A stretch of 64,000 nucleotides of DNA from an uncultured Alphaproteobacteria bacterium (GTDB lineage Bacteria; Pseudomonadota; Alphaproteobacteria; JALCBB01), in the NCBI GenBank assembly GCA_958267355.1, contig OY279575.1, forward strand, positions 1,246,295-1,310,294, written 5' to 3'. Position numbers and translations under genes: made by a program. Below are positions 20,239-29,302 of this stretch, in pieces; position 1 is the first letter of the stretch, and the number at the start of each line of letters is the position of its first letter. The notes beneath the pieces were generated by a model, which was not told where the DNA came from, searched no databases, and saw only the letters and a program-made list of their open reading frames with translations.

Positions 20239-21246
20239 TCAAGGACGAGTCTGCAGTTTCTCTCCTGTTAGGGTTTCGTACTTCTCGGCAACGGCTAACA
20301 GGTCAGCCCAGGCGAAGCGGGTTTGCTGTGGCGAGCGCAACAGATAGGCAGGATGAAAACTGCCATAGACGGGCATTTGCAAAGCGGCTTGCGTTGTCTT
20401 GGGCTCTTTGGCGAAATCGCCTGTATCTTCGGAGGCGAAATTTGTCCACTGCCCGCGGGCGCGGGTAATTCCGCTTGTGCCGAGTCGGGGCAATAGAGCT
20501 TTCATCGGCGTATTCCCGAGTAGCAGAACAATTTCGGGCTTCAACAGAGCCAACTGCTTCCACACGAAGGGCAAGCAGACGGAAACTTCCGCAGGCTCGG
20601 GAGCGCGATTCTTTGGTGGCCGCCAAAAGACAACATTGGTGATAAAGACCTGCGACTCGTCAAATCCTGCCCAGTGCAACAAGCCGTCTAGCAGCTTTCC
20701 TGCTCGCCCAACGAAGGGCTTGCCTTGTGCGTCTTCGTCTGCTCCGGGGGCTTCACCGACGATGGCGAGACGTGCCGTGGCATTGCCGCGCCAGATGACT
20801 GTGTTGTTGGCACCTGCTCGCAGATTGCATCCTTCAAAGGCGGCGATTGTCTGCCACAGGGCTTCTAGCGAGTCGGCTTGGGCGGCGAGCTTTTGGGCTT
20901 CGGCGATTTCTGCGGAGAAAACAGGCTTCTTCGCCCGCCGTGGCGGAGTGCTTTTCTCCGCTGTACTGCCTGCCCCCATATCTTCAGCCCCCATAGCATC
21001 AACCCCTGCCGCATCCTGTGGCTTGCCTGTTGCCTTGTCCCCTATCTTCCCCTGTGGCTTACCTGTTTCCTTACCCCCTGCCCTGTCCTGTGCCCTGCTC
21101 TGTGCCTTCCCTTCTACCTTCCCGCCTATCTTTCCTGTGGGAGCTGTCCGTTTGCGGGGTGTATTGTCTAGCAGGGCAGTAGCCCCCATTTCCTCCTGCA
21201 GGGACAGAGCCGCCAGCAAGTCGGCTTTGTGGTTTTTCTCTGTCAT
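20239..21246 (-). CDS. uracil-DNA glycosylase, family 4, with an N-terminal low-complexity extension
   Basis: GEAPGADEDAQGKPFVGRAGKLLD...FITNVVFWRPP...LLLGNTPMKALL are family-4 UDG motifs; start taken at the internal ATG (MTEKNHK, 21246) because the longer ORF reaches past the ETF-QO start. Confidence 0.75.
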   Translation of the reverse strand: MTEKNHKADLLAALSLQEEMGATALLDNTPRKRTAPTGKIGGKVEGKAQSRAQDRAGGKETGKPQGKIGDKATGKPQDAAGVDAMGAEDMGAGSTAEKSTPPRRAKKPVFSAEIAEAQKLAAQADSLEALWQTIAAFEGCNLRAGANNTVIWRGNATARLAIVGEAPGADEDAQGKPFVGRAGKLLDGLLHWAGFDESQVFITNVVFWRPPKNRAPEPAEVSVCLPFVWKQLALLKPEIVLLLGNTPMKALLPRLGTSGITRARGQWTNFASEDTGDFAKEPKTTQAALQMPVYGSFHPAYLLRSPQQTRFAWADLLAVAEKYETLTGEKLQTRP

Positions 21247-21334
21247 TGGCGCAAGGCTACAATAAAGGTGGCATTCTTGCGAGGGGTAAAAACAGGCTAA
21301 ACTGCTGTCAGCCGCGGGCGGCATAGGAGAGCTT

Positions 21335-22981
21335 ATGGCAGATCGTGAAGAAATGGAATTTGATGTTGTAATTGTCGGAGCTGGCCCATCGGGTTTGGCG
21401 ACGGCGATACGTTTGGCACAGCTTGGCAAGGAAGCGGGGCGTGAGCTTAACATCTGTGTTGTGGAGAAAGGCTCTGAAGTTGGAGCGCATATTCTATCGG
21501 GAGCGGTCTTTGAAACCCGTGCCTTGGACGAGTTGATTCCCGATTGGCGCGACAAAGGTGCACCCTTGGATGTGCCTGTCAAAGATGAAAAGTTTTTGTT
21601 TTTGGGTAAGCGGCGGGCTTTGTCTGTTCCGACTTGGCTTTTGCCGCCTGAGACGCAGAATCACGGCAACTATATTATTTCGCTCGGAAACCTGTGCCGT
21701 TGGCTTGGACAACAAGCCGAGGCATTAGGCGTGAGTGTTTTTGCGGGGTTTCCTGCGGCGGACTTACTGCTTGAAGATGCGACTGTGCGTGGGGTGATCA
21801 CGGCTGATATGGGGCGGGCGCGTAATGGGAGTGAAAAGTCGGGCTTTCAGGCGGGAATTGCTTTGCGCGCCAAATGGACTGTTTTTGCTGAGGGGTGTCG
21901 CGGCTCACTTGCGAACAAGTTGGAGAAAACTTTTAATCTGCGCGAAAAATCTGACCCGCAGACCTACGGCATTGGCATTAAAGAGCTTTGGGAGTTAACC
22001 CCTGAAGAGCATAACGAAGGCTTGGTACTACATACGGCGGGTTGGCCGATGGATCGGCGCACTTGGGGTGGATCTTTTGTCTATCACTTGAATAACAATC
22101 AGGCGTATATCGGCTTTGTTGTTGGCTTGGATTACAGCAATCCGTGGCTTGATCCTTTTGCGGAAATGCAACGGTTTAAAACTCATCCGCGGCTTGCCAA
22201 GATGCTGAAAGGCGGCAAGCGTATTTCGTATGGTGCGCGGGCACTCAACGAAGGCGGATTGCAATCTTTGCCGCGTTTGGTTTTTCGGGGTGGATTGATT
22301 GTCGGTTGTGCGGCGGGTTTTTTGAATGTTCCGAAGATTAAGGGTTCGCACACGGCGATGAAGACAGGAATGCTTGCGGCAGAAAGTATTTTTCAGGCTT
22401 TACAGAATGACAGTGACTCTGCGGTACCTCTTACGGCGTATGAAGAAGCGGTGCGTAAGTCTTGGGTTTGGAAAGAATTGCATCGGGCGCGTAATTTTCG
22501 TCCTGCGGCGGCACGGTTTGGTATGGTTTTGGGTATGGCGTATGGGGGTTTGGATTTAAAAATTCTGCGGGGCAAGGCTCCATGGACGTTCCGCCACCGT
22601 CACCATGACCACGAAACTTTGCGGCGTGCGGCGAAGTCTAAAAAGATTCACTACCCCAAGCCCGATGGAGTCCTTACCTTTGACCGCAACGCTTCTGTCT
22701 TCCTAGCAGGAGTCAATCACGAAGCCGATCAACCTGTGCATCTTAAGCTTACTGACTCGGCGGTGCCGATAGCCCAGAACTTGCCTGCGTTTGCTGAGCC
22801 TGCGCAACGCTATTGTCCAGCGGGCGTGTATGAAGTATCCGAGAAAGATGGCGGACATGAATTCGTTATCAACGCGCAGAATTGTGTTCATTGTAAGACC
22901 TGTGACATCAAAGACCCTGCGCAAAACATCACTTGGAGCGTTCCCGAAGGTGGTGGTGGCCCGAACTATCCGAATATGTAA
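21335..22981 (+). CDS. electron-transferring-flavoprotein:ubiquinone oxidoreductase
   Basis: FDVVIVGAGPSGLATAI FAD motif; C-terminal 4Fe-4S ferredoxin-like CPAGVYE...CVHCKTCDIKDP; 548 aa. Confidence 0.92.
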   Translation: MADREEMEFDVVIVGAGPSGLATAIRLAQLGKEAGRELNICVVEKGSEVGAHILSGAVFETRALDELIPDWRDKGAPLDVPVKDEKFLFLGKRRALSVPTWLLPPETQNHGNYIISLGNLCRWLGQQAEALGVSVFAGFPAADLLLEDATVRGVITADMGRARNGSEKSGFQAGIALRAKWTVFAEGCRGSLANKLEKTFNLREKSDPQTYGIGIKELWELTPEEHNEGLVLHTAGWPMDRRTWGGSFVYHLNNNQAYIGFVVGLDYSNPWLDPFAEMQRFKTHPRLAKMLKGGKRISYGARALNEGGLQSLPRLVFRGGLIVGCAAGFLNVPKIKGSHTAMKTGMLAAESIFQALQNDSDSAVPLTAYEEAVRKSWVWKELHRARNFRPAAARFGMVLGMAYGGLDLKILRGKAPWTFRHRHHDHETLRRAAKSKKIHYPKPDGVLTFDRNASVFLAGVNHEADQPVHLKLTDSAVPIAQNLPAFAEPAQRYCPAGVYEVSEKDGGHEFVINAQNCVHCKTCDIKDPAQNITWSVPEGGGGPNYPNM

Positions 22982-23113
22982 TTCCTGCGAACGAGCGGTA
23001 TAATTGCCACGATGAAGTACTTGCGAAATCGTTTCCAGCCCAGCGCCCAATCTGTGGCAGGGTCTGTAGCAGAGTCTATGGCGCAATCTATGGCACAGCC
23101 TATGGCGCAATCT

Positions 23114-24865
23114 ATGGCACGAACGATAGCTAGGGTTCGGGCAGGGCTTGTCTCTGCTTTCTTGGTCTCTGCTTTGTTGTTGGCTTTTGGTGTAGCGACA
23201 GTGGCGACAGTGGCACCTGCTAGGGCTGCGACTGAAAGCACACTTGGCACGAGCGGAGATTTACTTTCTGCTCTTGTTGCCTTACAGCGTGCGGACTTTG
23301 GCACAAGCGAAGCTTATCTCTCACGGGTCTTTGCGGTTGATGGTGGTCTTCGGGTTGAAGAAGGCTTGCGGTCTTATTACTTTTTGCTTTCTCTGGCACT
23401 GGGTAAGGGTGGTCAGGCGACGGAACTTGCCCGCCGTCTTGTTGCTGAAGGAGAAGAAGCCAATCAGCTTTTGCCCTATTTGGTTTTGGCGGCGGATGCA
23501 ATCCGCAAGAATGACAAGCAGGCGGCTTTGGCGGTGTTGGATCGTGTGCCGAGCAGTGCGACTCGTCAGCTTGAAGTTTTGTTGTTGCGGGCTGTTTTGC
23601 TGAGCCACGGAGACTCTGCTGACAAGACTTTGGCGTTGCGGGCGATGCAGACTTTTGGCGAGCAGGAAGAGCAGATTGAAACGGCGTTTTACTTTACGAC
23701 TTTAATCTTGGATGCACTGGGCGAGCGTGAAGAAGTTTTGGCGCGGATTGAAGAAGCGGTGGATGAGCGGTCTATGGATGTTGCGGAAGTATTTTTAAAA
23801 TTCGGCGCGGTTTTGGAAGCCAACGGAGAAGACCAAGCGGCGATTGATTTTTACGAACGCGGACTTAGCCAATATCCTGAAGATTTTTTTCTGGCGACAC
23901 GCCTTTGGACTTTAACCAACAGCAACAGCAGACCGCACTTGCTTGACAACAGCTCGCTACGGCTACGGGCGGCGTATGCGTTATCTGACTTGGCGCGGAT
24001 TCAGATTGCCAGTGGTGGTTCGGGTTTGCAGGCTTTGTCGGATTCGAGCTTAGCGCTTTTCTTGGAGCCTAAGTTAGAAGAAGCTTTACTTTTGCGGGCT
24101 GAAGTTTGGGCGGAACTGGGAGACCAACAAAGTGCTTTGCGTGATTTGTCGCGTTTATCGGGCAGGAGTCCGACGGGTTGGTTTGGCACTTTGGAGCGGG
24201 CGCAGACTTTAATCCGCCAGGATGCACTAGACGAAGCGCAGAAGCTATTAGACGGGCTTGGCAATCGTTGGCAAAGGCACGAGCTGCCGCAGTTGCGGGG
24301 CGGGCTTGCCCGTGCCCAAGAGCAATGGCAAGAAGCGGCGGGCTATTACGATGAAGCGATAGCCTTTTATCCGAAGCAGGGGGAAGGGTTATGGTGGCTG
24401 TACTACTCGCGTGGTATTGCCCACGAGCGGGCTGACCAATGGGACAAAGCCGAAGCAGATTTTTTGCATGCTTTATCGTTGCGTGAGAATCAGGCAGATG
24501 TTTTGAACTACTTGGCGTATTCTTGGGCTGACCAGAACCGCAATTTGGAGCAGGCATTAGAAATGCTTCAAGAAGCGGCGGGGCAACGCCCTGACCAGGG
24601 GCATATTATCGACTCATTGGGTTGGGTTTATTATCGTTTGGGTGATTACGAGCGGGCGACTGAGTATTTGGAAGAAGCGGCGAGTTATTTGCCTGTTGAT
24701 GCTGTGGTGAATGATCATTTGGGTGATGCGTACTGGCGAACGGGGCGCAAGCGTGAAGCGCGGGTGCAGTGGCGGCGGGCTTTGAGTGCGGGGGGTGAGC
24801 ATCCAGATGGCGGACAAGAAATGCTGGACTCGCTTAACGACAAATTGAAAAACGGACTTAACTAG
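23114..24865 (+). CDS. TPR-repeat protein (secreted), conserved upstream partner of ispE
   Basis: signal peptide LVSAFLVSALLLAFG...APARA, multiple TPR-like helical repeats (WWLYYSRGIAHERADQWDKAEADF...); start chosen after the 15-bp tandem repeat at 23030-23110. Confidence 0.7.
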   Translation: MARTIARVRAGLVSAFLVSALLLAFGVATVATVAPARAATESTLGTSGDLLSALVALQRADFGTSEAYLSRVFAVDGGLRVEEGLRSYYFLLSLALGKGGQATELARRLVAEGEEANQLLPYLVLAADAIRKNDKQAALAVLDRVPSSATRQLEVLLLRAVLLSHGDSADKTLALRAMQTFGEQEEQIETAFYFTTLILDALGEREEVLARIEEAVDERSMDVAEVFLKFGAVLEANGEDQAAIDFYERGLSQYPEDFFLATRLWTLTNSNSRPHLLDNSSLRLRAAYALSDLARIQIASGGSGLQALSDSSLALFLEPKLEEALLLRAEVWAELGDQQSALRDLSRLSGRSPTGWFGTLERAQTLIRQDALDEAQKLLDGLGNRWQRHELPQLRGGLARAQEQWQEAAGYYDEAIAFYPKQGEGLWWLYYSRGIAHERADQWDKAEADFLHALSLRENQADVLNYLAYSWADQNRNLEQALEMLQEAAGQRPDQGHIIDSLGWVYYRLGDYERATEYLEEAASYLPVDAVVNDHLGDAYWRTGRKREARVQWRRALSAGGEHPDGGQEMLDSLNDKLKNGLN

Positions 24866-24905
24866 TTTTTGGGTACGTTTGGCGTGTGAATGGATTGGTG
24901 GTGGA

Positions 24906-25988
24906 ATGGTGGTTTCTGATTTAGCGGTTCGGGCGCGTGAAGCGCGGGCGAAGATTAATTTGTCTTTGCGCGTGGGTAGCAGGCGGGCAGATGGTTTGCA
25001 CGGGTTGGATTCTTTGCTGACGATTGTGCGGGGGGTTTCTGACCGTGTGATTTCTGATTCTTGGGATGAGCAGATTTTTTCTATGGCGGGGGCTTTTGCT
25101 GATGACTTAGCCGATGCTTTACAGGAGCAGATATTTCTTCAGGAGCCGAAGTCTAAGCAACAAGAGTCGGCGAAGACAGCCGAGCAAAGCCTGCAAGAGA
25201 GTCTGGAACATAACCCGCAACAGAGCCGTCAAGAAAGCTCGCAAGAAAGTCTGCAAAGAAACGCGGTGGAAGATAACTTGGCGTGGCGGGCGGCGTGTGT
25301 TTTTGATACGGCGCGGCGTGGTTTTGGTGTGAGTCCTGCTCCTTTGCCGATACGCCTAGAGAAAAACCTACCTTTCGGAGCGGGCTTTGGTGGTGGTTCG
25401 GCTGATGCGGCGGCGGTATTGCTTTTGCGGGCGGGAGAGATTCCGACTGACTTGGCTACTCTGTGTGAATTGGCGGCGGGTCTTGGGGCTGATATTCCTG
25501 CTTTACTGCACGCTGAAACGGGCACGGGAGCGGTTTGGGTTTCGGGGGCAGGAGAAATTTGTGTGCCTGCTCCTGCTTTGCCACAGACATATGTGGTCTT
25601 GGCTTGGCCGAAGGTTTCGCTTAGTACGCAGAAAGTCTATGCGGCTTTTGCGGCGGAGCGGAATTCTTCATCCAGTTCTGAAGCTGAAGACGCGCAGGCG
25701 ACGCGAGTCCAAGAAGTTTCTGCTTTGGCGGATGCGAAGGCTCTGGCGGCTTGGGCGGGGGGGCAAGGCAATGATTTGGCGGAAGCTGTGGCGGCGGTTT
25801 GTCCTGAGGCGGAAATTTTGCGTAAGCGGCTGGGGGCGCAGAAGCACTGCTTGCTGGCGCAGATATCGGGGGCAGGAAGCGGCTGTTTTGGGCTTTTCAC
25901 CCAACAGCGGCATGCAGTCCGAGCCGCGAGTCAACTTCGTGATGTTTGGGCGAGTGTTGGCGTGATAGGAAGCGAAGCCGTAAAATAG
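24906..25988 (+). CDS. ispE: 4-diphosphocytidyl-2-C-methyl-D-erythritol kinase with a ~60-aa Gln/Ser/Glu-rich insertion
   Basis: AKINLSLRVGSRRADGLHGLDSL, then an insertion, then KNLPFGAGFGGGSADAAAVLL (GHMP kinase ATP motif). Confidence 0.8.
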   Translation: MVVSDLAVRAREARAKINLSLRVGSRRADGLHGLDSLLTIVRGVSDRVISDSWDEQIFSMAGAFADDLADALQEQIFLQEPKSKQQESAKTAEQSLQESLEHNPQQSRQESSQESLQRNAVEDNLAWRAACVFDTARRGFGVSPAPLPIRLEKNLPFGAGFGGGSADAAAVLLLRAGEIPTDLATLCELAAGLGADIPALLHAETGTGAVWVSGAGEICVPAPALPQTYVVLAWPKVSLSTQKVYAAFAAERNSSSSSEAEDAQATRVQEVSALADAKALAAWAGGQGNDLAEAVAAVCPEAEILRKRLGAQKHCLLAQISGAGSGCFGLFTQQRHAVRAASQLRDVWASVGVIGSEAVK

Positions 25989-26095
25989 CTTTGGGCTAAT
26001 CCTTTCCTAACCGATTAGCCTTCTTCGGGCTAATCCTTTCCTAACCGATTAGCTTTCTTTGGACTAACCCTTTCCTTACAGGTTAGCTTTCTTCA
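25985..26095. repeat. tandem repeat, ~47-bp unit (gggctaatcctttcctaaccgattagc...) x3
   Basis: direct reading. Confidence 0.8.
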
Positions 26096-26409
26096 CTGAA
26101 GGTATCGGGTTCGTCAAAGTCTGCGTCGGCGATATCATCGTCGGCGACTGAGTCTGTGTCATCGTCCAGCAGATCGGACTCACCTGCGTCTGCACTCGGA
26201 GTGGGTTCTTCGCGGTTTGTTGTCCGTCCACCACTGCTGAGCACAGCATGGACTTCGTACTGCTTGCCACAGGTCTCAACGGGACAAACTGCTGGCCAGA
26301 CTCCTTTATCGTAGTACTGGGTTTGGCAGGCAGGACAGATCCGCAGGTAGCCTAAGTCTTGGGCGGCGTTGGTGGCGGTGTAATCTGCGATAGCGGTTAG
26401 TTTTGCCAT
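26083..26409 (-). CDS. TIGR02300-like zinc-ribbon protein with acidic C-terminus (FYDLN_acid family)
   Basis: CPACQTQYYD...CPVETCGKQYE zinc ribbon followed by a D/E-rich tail; adjacency to aroA as in other alphaproteobacteria. Confidence 0.6.
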   Translation of the reverse strand: MAKLTAIADYTATNAAQDLGYLRICPACQTQYYDKGVWPAVCPVETCGKQYEVHAVLSSGGRTTNREEPTPSADAGESDLLDDDTDSVADDDIADADFDEPDTFSEES

Positions 26410-26429
26410 TGTGCGAGTCCTTTGTGCGT

Positions 26430-26485
26430 TGGTTCTGGGTGTTGGTTCTGGGTGTTGGTTCTGGGTGTTGGTTCTGGGTTGGGTT
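26430..26485. repeat. tandem repeat, 13-bp unit (ggttctgggtgtt) x4; further GT-rich repeats to ~26660
   Basis: direct reading. Confidence 0.75.
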
Positions 26486-26733
26486 TGGTTTGTGGCTTAG
26501 GGGCTTGCGGGGGGGCTAGCGAAGTGCGGAGCAAAATTTCTTACGGCGGGATTTTGTGCCACGCTGGGGGGTATCTGTCAATTCTGCGTGGTTTGTTGTG
26601 GTGTTTTCTGTGGTGTTTGCTGTGGTGGTTGTGGTGGTGGTTGTGGTGGTGTGGTTTTGTGTGTGGTGATGTGGAGTTTGTGCAGGGCAATTGGCTTGGA
26701 TAAATCGGCTGGTAATTGGCTATAGTCGCGGTT

Positions 26734-28311
26734 ATGGGGCATTTGGCGACAGGGACAAGCGGTGTGTTGAAACGGGCATTGATTGCGCGGACAAGCAGTC
26801 TATCCCCTTCTCTATCCCCTTCTGTGTCTCCTTCAGGTCTTGCCCTGCGTCCGCTTGGAGATAAATCGCTTTCGCATCGGGCCTTGATATTTTCGGCTTT
26901 GGCGGAAGGCACGAGTGAGATTACGGGTCTTTTAGAGTCGGAAGATGTTTTGGCGACGGCGGCGGCTCTTGGGGCTTTGGGGGTGGAGATACAGAAAGCT
27001 CCTGCGCCAGCCGCTCACGGAGCCACAGGCGGGGCTACAGGCGGGGGTACAGGGTCTAGAGACGCATTTAGGGGTAGTACAGGCAAAACCACCGAAGAAG
27101 CCACAGGCGGGGCTACAGACGCGCCTACGGGGGTGATTTGGCGTGTATCTGGCGTTGGTATTGGTGGTTTGACGAGTCCAGCCCAGCCGCTTGATTTGGG
27201 GAATAGCGGCACGGGTGCGCGCTTACTTCTTGGGGCTTTGGCGGGTAATCCGCTGATGGTGCGAATGGTTGGCGATGAGTCACTATCGGCGCGTCCGTTT
27301 CTGCGTGTCTTGGAGCCGTTGGCGGCGATGGGGGCTATGTATCGAGCGGCTGAAGGCGGCAGGCTTCCTGTTGAGCTTACGGGGCGGAGTGATTTGTCTG
27401 CTATTCGTTGGCGTTTGCCTGTGGCGTCGGCGCAGATTAAGGGAGCGATTTTGCTGGCGGCTTTGGCGGCGGCGGGACGCACCGAGATAGAAGAGCCGAT
27501 TGCCTGTCGTGACCATAGCGAGCGGCTTTTGCCTCTTTACGGAGCCAAGCTTGCCACGGAAAAGCTAGCGACAGGCGGCAGGTTGATTTCGCTTGAAGGA
27601 AAGCAGCCACTGCGTTCTATTTCTTTGTCTATTGCGGGGGATCCATCTACGGCGGCGTTTTTGGTGGTGGCGCAGTTGCTTTGTGGCACGGGTGAGCTGG
27701 TGTTGGAAAATGTTGGGGTTAATCCTTTGCGGACAGGATTATTTGAAACTTTGCTTGAAATGGGTGCGGAGATACAAATTGAACCTGAAGCCACTGCCAC
27801 ACCTGAAGCCACAGCCACCACAGATACCACAGGCACCACGGATACAAAGGCGCGTGGTGAGCCGACAGCGACTTTGCGGGTTTGGCGTTCGGCTTTGCGG
27901 GGTGTTGTGGTGCCGAGTGAGCGGGTTGCGACGATGATTGATGAGTATCCGATTCTTGCGGTGGCGGCGGCGTGTGCGGAGGGAAGAACGCGCATGGAAG
28001 GGCTAGACGAACTACGCCATAAGGAAAGCGATAGGCTTGCGGCGATTGCTACGGGATTGCAGGCGGTGGGTGTGGCGATTGAGTTGGCGGGTGATGATTT
28101 AGTTGTGCTTGGTACGGGCAAGCCGCCGCAGGGTGGAGCGACGATTGAGAGTCGGCGTGACCATCGGATTGCGATGGCGTTTTTGGTTTTGGGTTTGGCG
28201 ACTGCGGAGCCGATTAAAGTCCTTGGCACGGAATGGATTGCGACTTCTTTTCCGAACTTCCGTGAAGTTATGGAAGGCTTAGGGGCGAAGTTTGAGTCGG
28301 CGCGTGTGTAG
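26734..28311 (+). CDS. aroA: 3-phosphoshikimate 1-carboxyvinyltransferase (EPSP synthase) with two low-complexity insertions
   Basis: LRPLGDKSLSHRALIFSALAEG, LGNSGTGARLL, MIDEYPILAVAAACAEG, DELRHKESDRLAAI, RRDHRIAMAFLVLGL; insertions GATGGATGGGTGS... and EATATPEATATTDTTGTTDT. Confidence 0.9.
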   Translation: MGHLATGTSGVLKRALIARTSSLSPSLSPSVSPSGLALRPLGDKSLSHRALIFSALAEGTSEITGLLESEDVLATAAALGALGVEIQKAPAPAAHGATGGATGGGTGSRDAFRGSTGKTTEEATGGATDAPTGVIWRVSGVGIGGLTSPAQPLDLGNSGTGARLLLGALAGNPLMVRMVGDESLSARPFLRVLEPLAAMGAMYRAAEGGRLPVELTGRSDLSAIRWRLPVASAQIKGAILLAALAAAGRTEIEEPIACRDHSERLLPLYGAKLATEKLATGGRLISLEGKQPLRSISLSIAGDPSTAAFLVVAQLLCGTGELVLENVGVNPLRTGLFETLLEMGAEIQIEPEATATPEATATTDTTGTTDTKARGEPTATLRVWRSALRGVVVPSERVATMIDEYPILAVAAACAEGRTRMEGLDELRHKESDRLAAIATGLQAVGVAIELAGDDLVVLGTGKPPQGGATIESRRDHRIAMAFLVLGLATAEPIKVLGTEWIATSFPNFREVMEGLGAKFESARV

Positions 28312-28338
28312 GCTACGGGTGAAAGTTGTTAAGACGCG

Positions 28339-29016
28339 ATGAAGAAGCAGATTGCGATTGATGGACCTGCGGCATCGGGCAAGGGAACGATTGCTCGTGG
28401 TTTGGCGCGAGCGTTAAACTTTGCCTACTTGGATACGGGTTTGCTCTATCGGGCGGTGGCGCAAAGGCTTCTTCAAGGCGCGGAGTCGCGGGCTGTGGTG
28501 GTGGCGCGTTCTTTAGTCCGTGCCGATATACAAGACTTGCACGATCTTCGGGTTTTGGAAGATTTGGGCTTGCGTCATCCTGCGGTATCGGCGAAGGCGT
28601 CTGAAGTGGCGGCGGAGTCAGAAGTGCGTTCTGTCTTGCGCGGGCTTCAGCGTGACTTTGCGGACAATCCGCCTGCCGACAAGTCAGGAGCGATTTTAGA
28701 CGGACGAGATATTGCGACGGTAATTTTGCCTAATGCGGCGTGTAAGATTTTTGTTACGGCGGCGGTGGTGGTGCGGGCGCGGCGGCGTTTGGCGGATTTA
28801 GAAGCGGCGAATTTTGGCGGCACGGAATCTGTGCCTACGCTGGAAGATTTGCGGGCTGATTTGCAGGCGCGTGATCTGCGTGATGAAACGCGGGCTGACT
28901 CGCCCTTGCGGCGTGACTCTGGGGCTTTGCTTTTGGACACGGGCGAGCAATCGGTGGCGGAGTCTATTGCTGAAGCCTTAGCCTATGCCCGTGATTGCCT
29001 GAATCTGGCGGATTAG
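28339..29016 (+). CDS. cmk: cytidylate kinase
   Basis: MKKQIAIDGPAASGKGTIARGLARALNFAYLDTGLLYRAVA. Confidence 0.9.
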   Translation: MKKQIAIDGPAASGKGTIARGLARALNFAYLDTGLLYRAVAQRLLQGAESRAVVVARSLVRADIQDLHDLRVLEDLGLRHPAVSAKASEVAAESEVRSVLRGLQRDFADNPPADKSGAILDGRDIATVILPNAACKIFVTAAVVVRARRRLADLEAANFGGTESVPTLEDLRADLQARDLRDETRADSPLRRDSGALLLDTGEQSVAESIAEALAYARDCLNLAD

Positions 29017-29084
29017 GGTTTTTTGGCTTGCCAAGCTTGGCGGGGCGGGGTATAACCCGACTCTCTTGTTCTCCGTCCTGCCCC

Positions 29085-29155
29085 TGTAATTGCTGGGCGA
29101 TTGCTCCTGTAGTTGTTGGGTGATTGCCCCTGTAATTGTTGGGCGATTGTGGTGG
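29085..29155. repeat. tandem repeat, ~23-bp unit (ctgtaattgttgggcgattgc) x3 in the rpsA leader
   Basis: direct reading. Confidence 0.75.
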
Positions 29156-29302
29156 GTTTTGCGGAGACAAGCCTTACCGACAATTCGGTATCTGCCACGG
29201 AAGGCGTGGTGGAAGATTTCCCTTCTCGGGTGCGGAGCCTTTTTTGCGTTCCCGATACAAGCAGACGCACGATGGGCTATGGAAGTGGCTTGGTGCGAGA
29301 CC

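Noticed and set aside
20239-21582. Full 447-aa ORF for the UDG
   Set aside because: The extension would overlap the ETF-QO start and promoter on the other strand. The internal ATG (21246) gives a plausible 336-aa family-4 UDG, though its remaining N-terminal low-complexity region still needs confirmation.
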